Part shown: positions 25,001 to 37,019 of the stretch, piece after piece
Layout of the letters: each line of letters opens with the position of its first letter
Numbering within the stretch: position 1 is the first letter of the stretch
Source: Phallusia mammillata
Taxonomy: Eukaryota
Direction of reading: 5' to 3'
Length of the DNA stretch: 64,000 nucleotides
NCBI GenBank assembly: GCA_965637545.1
Contig: OZ281498.1
Span: 11,966,001-12,030,000 of the forward strand
Position numbers and translations under genes: made by a program
The notes under the pieces: generated by a model
What the model saw: only the letters and a program-made list of their open reading frames with translations
What the model was told of the DNA's origin: nothing
Database searches by the model: none

Positions 25001-28000
25001 GTTTCTTCAACCTGCGACACGACACAAACAAATGAGGTTAAATTTCCACGACATGTATCGTTTTACATTGAATTGTGTTTAGTTCCACATTTCTATACTT
25101 TAGCACTTGGGGCGGCATGTGATTCGCAACCACTAAAAAATGTTCTTGAATGAGAACTTTCGAAATGGCATAGATTACCTTCTTTAGACCATCGCAAAAT
25201 CGCTCAAAAACAGCTTTCATGTTTCCGCCCTTTTCCATCGATATAATGCGCATGTGGTCCTCTTCGTTTACCCAAACCAGGAAATTTTTCTCGTCGTTGT
25301 GCCTACACACAATAAAGTATAGATAAGGTTTTAGTATGGCAGCAGCACTAAAAAAAGGTTTAATACAAACAGTATCCCTGTCTTATACAATACAAAACAC
25401 ACTTTTTTAATTACCATATTCCACGGGCGTCTGGCCAGTCTCGCGCCATCCCGGAACTGGTGAGAAGCGGGGAAACTGGTTTATCGAACAGGAAGTGATC
25501 AGCAATAAGTTTGTCCTGGGTTTCTTCACTCATTCCAGTTAGGGGGTAATAGGAGCCCTAAAATGGATGAAGAGGAAATACACAATGTTTTTTTGTGTGG
25601 GTAGAAGCCCATTTTTAGATCGGTTGCGTACTGCACGCTTGAGTGAAACTACCTTCAATGGGCCATCGAGGGATGCCAGCGCCTGAGTTACGATGGTTTC
25701 AACCTTTCTTCTCTCCCCACGCGAACACCACGGTGGTAATGCCAAAGTGCGAATGCTGCGTCCTATGTAAATGCAGAGTCAAGTATATTGCGTGATAGTT
25801 TCGTAATGATATGTTATTGCATTAAAACAGCTTATCAAATTGTGCTACAGCTGATAGCAGCTATAACTGACCAGTTCTGACTCTGGACGAAAGGACGTAT
25901 TTAGGATCCAAGTTGTCGCCACCTCTAATGTTTGCTGCGTTAAGATCGGTGCTGTGTTTGGCTGTGGACGAATACCTGAAATATATAACACAAGCTAAAA
26001 GTTTTATCGAAAACAATTAAAAATGACTTTTAGTTTTCAGTGTGTTTGGGCTACTGATTAACAATTTTTGCACCACAATGCACCTAAGGTTCCTATTGGA
26101 CATCAGTGGCAACGTGGTACCACACGTGAGCCAATACACTTTGGGCAAACATCATATTAACTTTATTTGTGCAACACCTCAAACAAATCTTCAAATTGTG
26201 TGTTGCAAAGTTCACAAAGATTCAACTCAAGTGTTTGTGCTATGCACCTGTTAGCCGTCTCCATAGTGTTGCAGTGAATGTTTTTGACAACAAACCCTAT
26301 CAAATTGTAGCCACTAGGAGGCAGTACAAAAACTTTAAACAAAGGAAAACTTTAACAAAGGAAATTTTTTTGTAAATTTTCTACCCGCCATGTCTTCCAC
26401 TGATTACTGGGTCAAAAAGCTCAGAAAAGGTTGAATAACTTTCCTCGTCACCTGCCACCATTCCCACTGTCATAATAAATGGATGTCCCGGATTGTCCAC
26501 TCCTGCATTGCATTTGAAATTTGTGATTTTTCTTAGTTTCATCATTAAGTTTTTCTTACCAGTTTGGATGCAGCCATCCAAAGTAAAGCCACTTGGCGTT
26601 TTTCTGTTCTTGATTTTGTTGTAAATACTTGGTGTGAGGCATTTTGACATCCAGTTGTTGTGTTTTGACAAATCAGGAAAGTTCTTGTCATTCAAATCTT
26701 CAGTTTTCTGTTCACTTGGGAGCAAGTCATCGATCTCGTCACCTAATTTACACAGTTTAGGTTGGTTTCATGTGAAAAAACTGTGTGCCGTGAGAGATTT
26801 CTATGTGTGGTGCAAAATTTTTGGTTATTCTAAAGTGCAAACTGTCCCAGGACTTTATGTCGAAATACTGGTGTGCATGAAAACATTTCAAAGCTCATAT
26901 TTTAGATATAGGTAATAAAAAGCACAATAAAGTTGAAAGTTAAACAACACGTAAATTGTGCCCTTAAAACCGTGATAACTTACCAGCTTCCAGCTGTTTT
27001 TCCATCTTTATGAGGAGGTTGACACCATCAACTACACACTGCACCTGTTCCACTTCAGATGATCCCAACCTTTAAAACAGAGGCATTAACACAAGTTTTT
27101 GCCACAATATCTATGTGCAGAACATCCATGCACCTTTCAGAATTTGAAATATCAAACGTTCCATCAGTGGAGGCTGTATCCACACCACCTGTTCCTCTCT
27201 TTTGAAGCTTCAGTTTTTCCAAAATGTCATTGAATTTAGGATGCTTGGCCATAAGAGGAATCTAAAAAATGATCTTCTGTGACAATTTATTCCTGATTAC
27301 TTTACTTTAAATTTAATACTTGGGATTTCCCAGTACATGATTATTTGTTTTCAGTCATGAATATATTACAAATGCTTACCTTTAAATGAACACCACCTCT
27401 TAGTCCTGTGCCCAAATTTGAAGGACAGGTGAGGACAAAACCAAGATGTTCATTCCACATAAATCGTGACCCATTTGCTTCAATTGCATTCTCCACTTTT
27501 TTAAGCCCTTCACAAAATCGAGTAAACACCCTCCGCATGTTGCCACCTTTTTCCATGGAAATCACACGACTGTGATCTTCCTCATTTACCCACACAAGAA
27601 AGTTCTTTTCCTCATTGTGCCTGAAACATACAAAGTTATAATCCCCCAAAAATCATAAGTTTTAAAAAAGAAATTCCAACCAAATTCCTCTGCTTTCTGG
27701 CCAGTCACGAGCCATTCTGGATGCAAGCAATAATGGAGAAACTGGTTTATCAAAAAGGAAGTGGTCTTCAATAAGTTTATCCTGTGTTTCTTCAGTCATT
27801 CCAGTCAGGGGGTAGTACTTTCCCTTAAATGGTCCATCTAATGAATCCAGAGCTTCCATAAGTATCTTCTCCACCTAACCAAATCAAAGCCATCAACATA
27901 TTACTAATACTACAGTTAAGAGTTCGTACCTCTCTGCGCTCAGCCCGATTGCAGCAAGGTGGCAAGGCATATCCTGCTATACTTCGCCCGGTTCGCACAC

Positions 28001-29298
28001 GAGATGACAGAACATAGTTTGGATCCAGATTGTCTCCACCAATTAAGTGTTCTGGGTTGAGGTCAGTCTTATGAAGTTGATCTTTTCCTGAAAATTGTTT
28101 TAACATTAGGTACACTATTCACAGTTTTGAATAATCTGAGCAAAAAAATCAGAGCCAGTATATTGGTGTATAACATAACTACGTTTCGACAAGTGCTATT
28201 GTCATCATCAGGTTGTAAAAAATAAAAGCGACAGAAGGCATGCAACTGGGTGACATACAACGGTAAAAAAAAGGCGACACGAAGTTAACATGTAAAAGCA
28301 ATTAAACGGAGATAAAAGAACGCACGCAGAAAGGGGGTGTACCCGAGGCAAGTACGACCGCTAGATATTAAACAAGTAGAGTGGTGTAGATTCCTGGTCT
28401 TTGTTTAATTCTAACATTGTTGTTTTAACAATGTTTTAACATTGTTGTGTAGAAACATCCTGAAAATGCTCTTTGGGAGCTTTTGGACTAAAATACACAA
28501 AACAATTTTTGGCATCAAGAATTTGACATGGGTCAAACATATTTGTACTGCAACCATTTTAAATGTTTAAAATCAAAGTGCAGTAGTTAAAATGACAGAA
28601 AAGCAACTTCAAGTGTAAAAAACAGGCATCTGTATTTTGAGTTCAATTTAACTATTCTAGAATATCTAAATTATACATTCCTAATGCAATATTAGTCAAA
28701 GGTTTTGCACTGAAAATACAAATTCTCACCATATCCACCATGTCTAGCACTTATAATTTTGTCAAACAATGGTGCAAACAGTTTATAGGACTCTTCATCT
28801 CCAGCAACTGCCCCCACTGTCATAATAAATGGATGGCCAGGATTGTCCACACCTAAAATGCAGTTAAACATCAACATTTTGGTATTAGGAAACAAACAAC
28901 ATTTTGCTTGAAACCTGTTTGAATGCAATACTCCAGAGTTACCCCAGATGCCGTTACTTTTGAACACAACTCATTGTACAGTTTTGGTGTTAGGCATTTT
29001 GCCATGTGATTGTTGTGTTTAGATAAATCTGGGTAATTGGAGCCAAGTTTGCTGAAAATGTAAAATTCACAACATATTGAGACTTAAAACAAAGTTGCAA
29101 ATCAAATTTTGATTATTTAGACATTCTTTCGAGAGGATTTTAAATAATGATGCTCAATACAAAACAATTAAATAAATACCTTGTTGAAACAGTCACTCCT
29201 AAAAAAACAAAATAAAGAACTGTCATCATCTTTCTTTCTTTTAAAGGATAGTTGCAATTATCATAGTACTTACCATCTTTGGAATTAACACAACCCAT
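22074..29298 (-). CDS. Flagellar-type creatine kinase with three contiguous CK domains (about 26 coding exons)
   Basis: Start MGCVNSKD (29298-29274), 19-nt microexon (29198-29180), then three complete domains. Each has PDLSx[47 protein letters not shown] and [10 protein letters not shown]. Linkers lie at about 26740 and 24420-24260; stop TAA at 22074-22076. Confidence 0.95.
28150..28411 (-). mobile_element. 5'-truncated Penelope-like retroelement fragment in a creatine kinase intron
   Basis: Minus strand 28411-28361 encodes [16 protein letters not shown], resembling the LN....S.PL.LF C-terminus of PLE RT/GIY-YIG ORFs. A short UTR and a hammerhead motif follow. Confidence 0.6.
28174..28217 (-). 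ncRNA. Minimal type I hammerhead ribozyme motif (PLE type)
   Basis: Minus strand reads UACAAC CUGAUGA U GACAA-uagcac-UUGUC GAA ACGU A GUUAUG. This gives the conserved core, a 5-bp stem II, a palindromic ACGU stem III, a GUA cleavage triplet and a stem I with one mismatch. Confidence 0.7.
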
Positions 29299-29461
29299 TC
29301 TGAAATTTGTTGTCCTATTGCAGGTTTGTCAAAATTTTATGGTATCATTCACAAATGGTTTATTTTGCTGTTTACTTCTATTCTAAAACACGGATACAAA
29401 CCCTATAATAAAACGGCACAAACAAATTAGTCATTTTGGTCTAAAATACACATCATAGAAC

Positions 29462-29813
29462 CAGTGGGGTAGGCAGACGAAAATTTTGGGAGGGGCCAAA
29501 TAGTTTGCCGTCTAATACAACTTTTTGCTAATGCTCGGCGAAGGCGTTCTTTTACCAAACACGTGACTTGACAAAGTTTGGTTCAACGGCACAGCCAAAC
29601 GCTTTATTGATTTATTCCATGTCTACATAAATATAAAAAGCATGTATTTTAGCTTGCAACTTGGTGACAACAGTCATGTTAATTTATATATTCCTTTGAT
29701 AGTTGAAAGAAATCACAATGACTAACTACACTAAATTAAAGTTTCTCAATATACAACTTTGAAAATTTGGGAGGGGCCATGGCCCCTTTGGCCCCTCCCT
29801 GGCTACGTCACTG
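29462..29813. mobile_element. hAT-type MITE, 352 bp, in the CK/PRC1 intergenic region
   Basis: Imperfect TIRs cagtggggtagg / gctacgtcactg; perfect TSD catagaac at 29454-29461 and 29814-29821; ttgggaggggcca repeated near both ends. Confidence 0.85.
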
Positions 29814-29883
29814 CATAGAACAGTTACCTCAGTTGAATAAAATTGCAACAATCAGACATCACAACAAGCAAATTGCTATACAC

Positions 29884-29897
29884 GTTACTATAGCAAC
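29884..29897. promoter_or_regulatory. RFX X-box upstream of the flagellar creatine kinase
   Basis: GTTACTATAGCAAC matches the RFX consensus GTTRCYATRGYAAC exactly, about 590 bp upstream of the CK ATG. Confidence 0.6.
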
Positions 29898-30322
29898 GAT
29901 TGACCTTGTGCCACCGCTCACTACTTCCCTCAGTGGGCAAAATTTATTAAATTTATTCCATAATCGATTTTTCTAAATATTTTACAACAGAAAATTAATA
30001 ACAAAACAACTAAAAGTTTTTAAATTATATCCACGTTTTGACATTTAATCGAGCATATCGGTTGATATATTTTACCGAGATGCTCGAATAAATTTGTGAA
30101 CCGATAACAAACAGCCGTTTTGATTGCTGATTGCGAATTCCCATTGGCGTAGTTGGAGGCAACCTTTTAATTAAAAAGAGCAAAGCCTCTCAGTTACTGC
30201 TTGAGGAAAAAAGTGTTTTTTATTTGCATCGAGGCCATTTATTTGCATCGCTTCGCCAGACGTTTTGTAGTTCTTTGTCTCACTGAAAGGTTTAGAAGTT
30301 TCAGTTAATGCTGTTGATCAGT

Positions 30323-33300
30323 ATGTCGCGACGCACTCAACCAGTAGAAATATCAATTCAAAATATCATTCGTATGTATTTAAATAGGTTGGAAGTTGTT
30401 TGGAATGAACTTGGAATCTCTGAGCAACAGGTAAAATAAGCCGCCATTCTTTGTGACGTCATATTTGATAATTCTAGTTGTTTTTGAAAAAAAATGTACA
30501 ATCGAAGTATGCATGAAACAAAATCAAAGTATATGTTTTTTATAGACTTTTGTCACAATCAGTGATTATTCTCATAATCAAGGCAGGGGTCTTTATTTAG
30601 CTTAAGGATTAATGCAAACTTGTTGGTGTTTTACACCAGCAGAGGTTTTTTGCAACAATGTGCAACAATGTACAACAATGTCCTCATCATTTACCAAATG
30701 TGTATCGTAATTTAATCTCGAAATGACTTTATAGTTTATATCATCACCTTTCAGGTCGCTAAGAGAAGTGACACAGTATGTGAGCACATAACCGACCTAA
30801 TGGAAAACATGCTAAATGAGGAAGAACGTTTAATGCAAACTGTGCGGGAAAACTCCGTTCGCTTCCACGAGGAGATAACTATTTTGCGCAAGGAACTTGG
30901 TTTGTCTCCTGAATCAAACGAAACTTCTGTCTTACTGGATTCCAGTTCCTCGAGCATCGCTGGAATGCCACCAGGCAGCTTGTATCTCAAGGTTAGCCAA
31001 TGATAATTTATTTACTACATGTTGGGTTAAGCTGCAGCATCGTTTAACCAAACTACTGTAAAAGTCAAATGTTTATCAGCATAGCCCTGCTGAAAGTTTG
31101 TTTATTTTAGAAGTAACCACCTTAAAATTCTTTTTCTTGCTTAAAGGAGAGAAAGGCGAGGAAAGAAGTTTTGCGCTTGCATGAACTCGAAAAAACAAAA
31201 AAGCAAGCTTTGGAGACTTTACTCTCTGAGGAGATTCGATGTAACAGCCAATTAGATTCAGCGCCACTGCTCCAATCAACGCCTATGTTTAAAAAAGCTG
31301 TTTTGGTGGAAAAAATTGAAATGATGCATGAACGAAATCGTAAATTACATGAAAAATATAAAAAGAGGCAAGTCATTTAATTTTTTTACAATTAAAGAAG
31401 GTTTTAAAACAACGACAAAACGCTACATGTGTTGAACATTTCTAGCTGCCAAACATCAATAAGCACATATACGTGACTAACGTTTGTAGGACTTACACAT
31501 CAATATATAATTGGGTTTAGGGAGAACCACATTTAAACCAGCTGTATCAATGAAGCTGTTTTGAAAATGAATTTGTCCGTTAATTTCAGGTTGGGGGAAT
31601 TTGCTCAACTGCGGTCAAATATTCGCAAAAAACTACAAGAAATTGAATTTGCCCCAAACGATTTCATAAGCTCTGTTTTGGAAAACGACGTCCCAACTTT
31701 CTCTTTGTCTGAGGAAAATCTGCAACAAATTCGAGATTTCGACAATACAATCGAAATGCAGCACTTAGTGTCAATCGCAAGACAAACTGTTTGTGACATC
31801 GAAGATCTGTGGATAAAATTGGACGTCGGTGTCAGAGAGACCACTCCATTTCGTAGAGAGTTTTTTGGCTTTGTAGATGTGGTATGCTGCTTATGTTTCC
31901 CTTGTGCAGTGTGTAAATCTAGCAAACTTTTTTGTTCTCTTTTGAATGACGTTGTAAATATACAATACTTCAACCAATCAACTGGTTATAAAAGTTCGTA
32001 ACACACATTCTTGGCCTAATTGTTTCTTTAACAACATAGAAACGCTTTGTTGTTATTTTACCTCAAGAACATTTACCTATCAGCCTTACAATCACGATCA
32101 TGCTGTCGTATGACATTTGTAACTTATGATCGCTTTTGAAAAGTATAATTATGGCGATGGCACCTAAATAAGATCAGTTGCCTGAATATGCACAAATCGC
32201 TTCTTCTTCTTTCTTTGTTGATAGATATCAGAAGAAAATTTGCAGCGATTAAAAAGTGAGAAGACCAGACTCTTGACTGTTTGGAAAGCCAATATATCTG
32301 ACCTAACTACAAGGGCTAATGAAACTCTTCAAAATATGCTTCGCGATGGATTTCTTTTGGAACCCAAAGAAGACAACAGTACCGAAAAGGTACAAAATGA
32401 CATCTAAAGAGTAAAACCAAACAATTCACATTGTTAATTACAGTATCAGGAAGATCGTGAAGAAGTGTTACTACAGCTTGAAGCCAAGATCGAAAACACT
32501 CGGATTCAGCTCAAAGACCGGGACCAAGTTGTGCGAAAGCTGCAGGTTTGGAAAAAGGCGTTTGACAGAATAACAGAACTTGAAGCCAAAACGCATGATC
32601 CTGATAGGCTTCGAAATCGCGGTAAGACTTTTCATGAGAGTGTTTTTTACGATGCAGTCACATTTTCAATGACATATGCTGCACTCAAATTCGTTTGTTG
32701 AAGCATACCATATTTGAGAAAGCATAGCCTTTTTGTTTACAAATTTATGTTTAAGGAGGAAAACTGCTTGCAGAGGAAAAAGAACGCAAACAACTAAAAA
32801 AACAAATTGTTAAAATGGAGAGAAGCGTCTACGATGCAGCAGAAACGTGGCTACAGAACCACTTACCCTCAAGTTAGTATTATCAATTGAAACTACAATA
32901 GGGCGAAAACTTAAGTTGGTTATTCTCCAGGTTTTCAAATGTATTAAAATCACTAAGTCATCCATCCTTATAAATTAAGATTGCATAAAGTTCATTACAG
33001 TCTTCATCCGCCAAGCAATCAGGTGGGAGATTCTGGTTTAAAGTACTGTATTGTTATTCTTCAGGTGGCGAATTCCTTGCTAATGGACTCCCCCTCAATG
33101 AGTACTTCAGCAGCCAACGAAAAGAACTAGAAAGCCTAAAAGATTTTTATCAAAACCGGCGTCATATTAAGCGCAAGCGAGAAATTGAGGAAGACATAAG
33201 ATATGGAAGCTCAAATCCACAGAAGATTTTTATCAAAACCGGCGTCATATTAAGCGCAAGCGAGAAATTGAGGAAGACATAAGATATGGAAGCTCAAATC

Positions 33301-34168
33301 CACAGAAGTGTGCAAAAGGGAATAGCAAAAGAGTGAAATGCGATTTGAAAAGCACATCCGACGATTCAAACATATCTTGTAAATCGGATAAAAGCTCAGT
33401 GGGCGGTTACCTGACTGCATGGGGAGAAATCCGATTCTCTCCTATTAAATCCACTGTGACTAGCAGATTCGGGACGTTCCCTGGGCGTCGAGCATCCAAG
33501 AAGACCGAAAAGTTGCAGGGTAATATACTCAAACTGCTCAAAAATGTGTAACCTATTCGTCTGCGTTTTCTTTCCTATCAAAGGTGATATTTTGTGTATA
33601 GTGCCAAAGACAACCGATTTTATTGATACGCGGCGAAACTTGGCAACGCAAACCTTCAAACAAAAGAAGCTTCGCAGGCGTTCGAAGTCGGTAGACAATT
33701 TGACGAGCCTTGAACAAAGGCAGGAACCACAAGGTGACATACGAAACTGGCATGCAAGTGTCTGTGGCACCAACCGTAACGATAACTTTGTTGTAGGAAA
33801 GTTTAAACTTCCATTGCCAAGTGGATCTGCGTATCACAACCCTAAGACTACAAGGTCATTAAAAAACAATCAAAAAATTCCAAAAATCTGTGAAAACCAG
33901 GAAGTAAGATATTTTTTTCCGTCACTGCCTAATTGTTTGATGGTTTAACGTGCGAAAAATATTACAGAATGAAAGCGAACATCTGAGCAATGTGAGTCGT
34001 TGGAATACGACCGAGCTGCCAAATTTCAGCGAAACTTTGAGAAACCAGCCGTATGATCGGGAACTCGATATTCAACCTCTTGGTGGACATGATTTTGAAC
34101 GGGGTCTGCTGGCTATAGTGAAGGAAGAACCTTACACCAGAAGCAGCGCGATTGGACTTCCCCGATGA
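30323..34168 (+). CDS. PRC1: Protein regulator of cytokinesis 1 (MAP65/Ase1 family); as assembled, frameshifted by an 83-bp duplication
   Basis: MSRRTQ..RLEVVWNELGISEQQ, FSLSEENLQQI, HDPDRLRNRG|GKLLAEEKER and FLANG..YGSSNP align with PRC1 hallmarks (WxxIGI, DPxRxxNRGGxLLxEEK). Ten exons are phase-compatible, including a GC-AG intron at 31368-31589. Confidence 0.85.
33143..33308 (+). repeat. Exact 83-bp tandem duplication inside a PRC1 exon
   Basis: 33143-33225 is identical to 33226-33308; 83 is not divisible by 3, giving TAA at 33280-33282. Confidence 0.95.
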
Positions 34169-34489
34169 CTATAGCTTATCAATGTATTAATTTGTATGCT
34201 ATTTTCTACTTTTTGTGTGTTCTCAATCTGAAATTCGTCGTATAAGTTCATAGATTTATTTGCATGGTCGAAATATGGTTGCAGTAAAATAATTTTGCAA
34301 ACATTTAGTTTCTCCGCGAAATAGGTAACGCAAGTGTCATTAAAAGGCCATTGGACTAGTAGGTTGGTTCAGTTGAGTTGCAATTCTTGATCTGACTTAA
34401 ATAAGTGTGTCAGGAATCCAACTTGGGTAAACTACCAGCTGTGAAGCTCCGTGGTAGGCTACCACTAACGGTGCGCGTACCTCGGGTTG

Positions 34490-37019
34490 CAACAGGGCTT
34501 ACGGCAAGAATTTGCACAATGTGCGCCAAAATGTGCAGGTCGAAAATGTGCGCACATTTTGCGAAAATGTGCAGGTCAAAATGTGCAGGTGCAAAATGTG
34601 CAGGTCAAAATGTGCAGGTGCCAAAATTTCTCCCTTTCATACTAAAAAAGTCTTTCTGTCCCTTTCACACAAACAATTTTTTGTCCCAATTACATAATTA
34701 TTATATATCTTTCCCTGCATTTTTATTTTAAATAGTGTTCTGTGCAAATCAATTAACTTATATAGGTATGTTATTTTTCTTGTTAAATGCAGTGGATTAA
34801 GTTTTTTAACTGAACAGAATATGACCCTTCAGGGCAAAAATAACTGAAAATACAATGTGGTTTCAAACAAATGCAGTGGTAAATAACTGATGCCTATATA
34901 AATGGTGAGAACTTATACTTTTGCATTGCACATCCATCATTTTTTTCATGACATCTCAGTATTATCCTTTTCTAAACCCGTTTTGTTACCATTGTACATA
35001 TTTTTTACCAAAAATATAATACAGAATGCCCACAGCGGTTTCAAAAAAATATTTTCCCTATCCTAATATTCTTTCTGGCTGTTTCAGTCTCTTTATCTCT
35101 CTAATTGTTCACGCCAGATTTAGTTTGTTTATTTATTTGCAATCCCACATGAAACATACACCTTTTTCGTTCATAATGGCAATCATCTAGTTTCTGTATA
35201 TTAGTCAGGAAACAATTACAAATTTTGCAAAAGCATCTAATGATATTTTGGTGTATTATGATATTCCTACAGTAGGTCTTTTTAGCCATCTGGTCCACAC
35301 AATAGCAAGTCAGAAGCAATAACATGAATGTTTTAGCAAACTTAAAATTAGGGCATCACATCAAGTATTTGTGTGGGTTTCAAAACTAACCTAATTAAAT
35401 ACCCATATACCAAGTTATGTCATGTAAATGAGCCTCAAACAAATAAAAAATGTCAAACATTAAGTTGGGCAACTGTGTGGTTGTCCTTTTCTTTTTGAAT
35501 GTTGTCATTTGAGTTTCTTCCAAAGACACATATATAGTCCTTTTGTCAATTGTGCAGTATAACCCAAAGGATGGAAAACTTTCTAATAATTCATTTGTTT
35601 CATTGAATAAAAATCACTGGACAGCTGGGTCTTTGACTTGGTTTTGAGTTTAATAACAGTATACTCATATGGTAGTCCAGCAACTTCTAGAATTTCACAT
35701 ATGTCTTTTTTGGAAACTCTGTGAGGATCAGTGTAACTTTTGCAATGCAGTAAAAATCTAGCTTGTTGGCTGGCCGTAAACATCCTGTCAGGCATTTACG
35801 CACTTTGTAAAAGTTGCAGTAACTCATAAAAGGATAAGCGAGACCTCCAGACTTTGGCTCCACTAAAGAAATCAGCTGGCCCTGTGGTCGCATGGTTGAC
35901 AACATGCTGACAATTTTGATAACTTCCGTAAACTAGTTTTTTGCCTTGAAAAAACATATCCTCATAAATACTCTGTTGTGTCTAACTCTTTGTTACTTAT
36001 CATAGCAATTTGACTTGTGTTTTCTGCACCAGTTTCCTTGGTGGTTATGATGTCTAGCAATTGTTTTGGTGCCTTGAATTTTTCTTCAAATAAACTTAAT
36101 TTTTGATTCACAAAATTTACCCTTTGTTGACAGTTTAAAATGAGTAACTTTGGAAAAAAACATGATCTTTGTTCAAGCTTGACCTTTCGTCTGTCCAGAG
36201 TTCCTGGTCGAGGCCAAAGTCGTTGAACATCAGTTCAAAGATACAGCCAGTTAGGAAAGTTCTATTTTTACCAGACTTTAAATCAATTAGTAATAAACTT
36301 TATGCACCCTTTAATATGTTAGGTAAAATCACTTCAAAGCGTTTAAAGAAGTACTAAAAAGATAAAACGTACATTAAATACTCTCCAACAGCACAATCAC
36401 AACCACGTAGTAACATTATACAGGGTAGATGCATAAATCTGACCATACAAGCCCAGCTTTGTCATTTGCTTGCTCTTAAAGCACCAAACTCAATGCAAGC
36501 ATCCGACAAGCGTGTAGTGTTAATCAAGCGTGACGGAAACAATAGCTGGACTGTCATATGAGTATACTATTGTCTAATTGTAAAATCTATAGAAGCTGGG
36601 CAGGCTACAAGCTAACAGGCCTTAAATTAAAAACAATAAAGTCAAACCGATTGAGGTGACGATCGTGTACATATCTAGTCTGAAAAACAGTGTTTCCTAT
36701 TTCCTGAATGCTAGATAATTTCACGCTTTGCCATATCTAACAAACACAACATGCATTTTTACAAGTTTCTCTTAAATCCGATTTTAATTTATAGGTCATA
36801 ACTTATAACTAATATTTTTGGCACAATTTATGACCACAACAATAGTTTGACGTTAAATATCAATACTTCATTTGAGCGACTGCACATTTTGGCACCTGCA
36901 CATTATGACTTGCACATTTTGACCTGCACATTTTGGCAGCACATTTTCGAAAAATGTGCGCACATTTCGACCTGCACATTTTCGAGCACATTGTGCAAAA
37001 AACGCTCGCATGCCCGTCT
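34490..37019. mobile_element. Mutator/Phantom-like (foldback-type) non-autonomous DNA transposon, about 2.5 kb
   Basis: 9-bp TSD ctcgggttg (34481-34489, 37020-37028). Long imperfect inverted termini are built of tandem aaaatgtgcaggtc units (34528-34622; inverted at 36877-36995). Degenerate minus-strand coding remnants lie inside. Confidence 0.75.

Noticed and set aside
22074-29298. Possibility of more than three CK domains or of three separate CK genes
   Set aside because: Exactly three motif sets were counted, joined by in-frame linker exons with a single start and stop.
29767-29976. ORF MGGAMAPLAPPWLRH..
   Set aside because: Translation of the GC-rich MITE end, not a gene.
34405-34731. 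Cys/Lys-rich repetitive ORFs (KMCRSKCAG..), mirrored at 36847-37044
   Set aside because: Products of the tandem subterminal repeats of the Mutator-like element.
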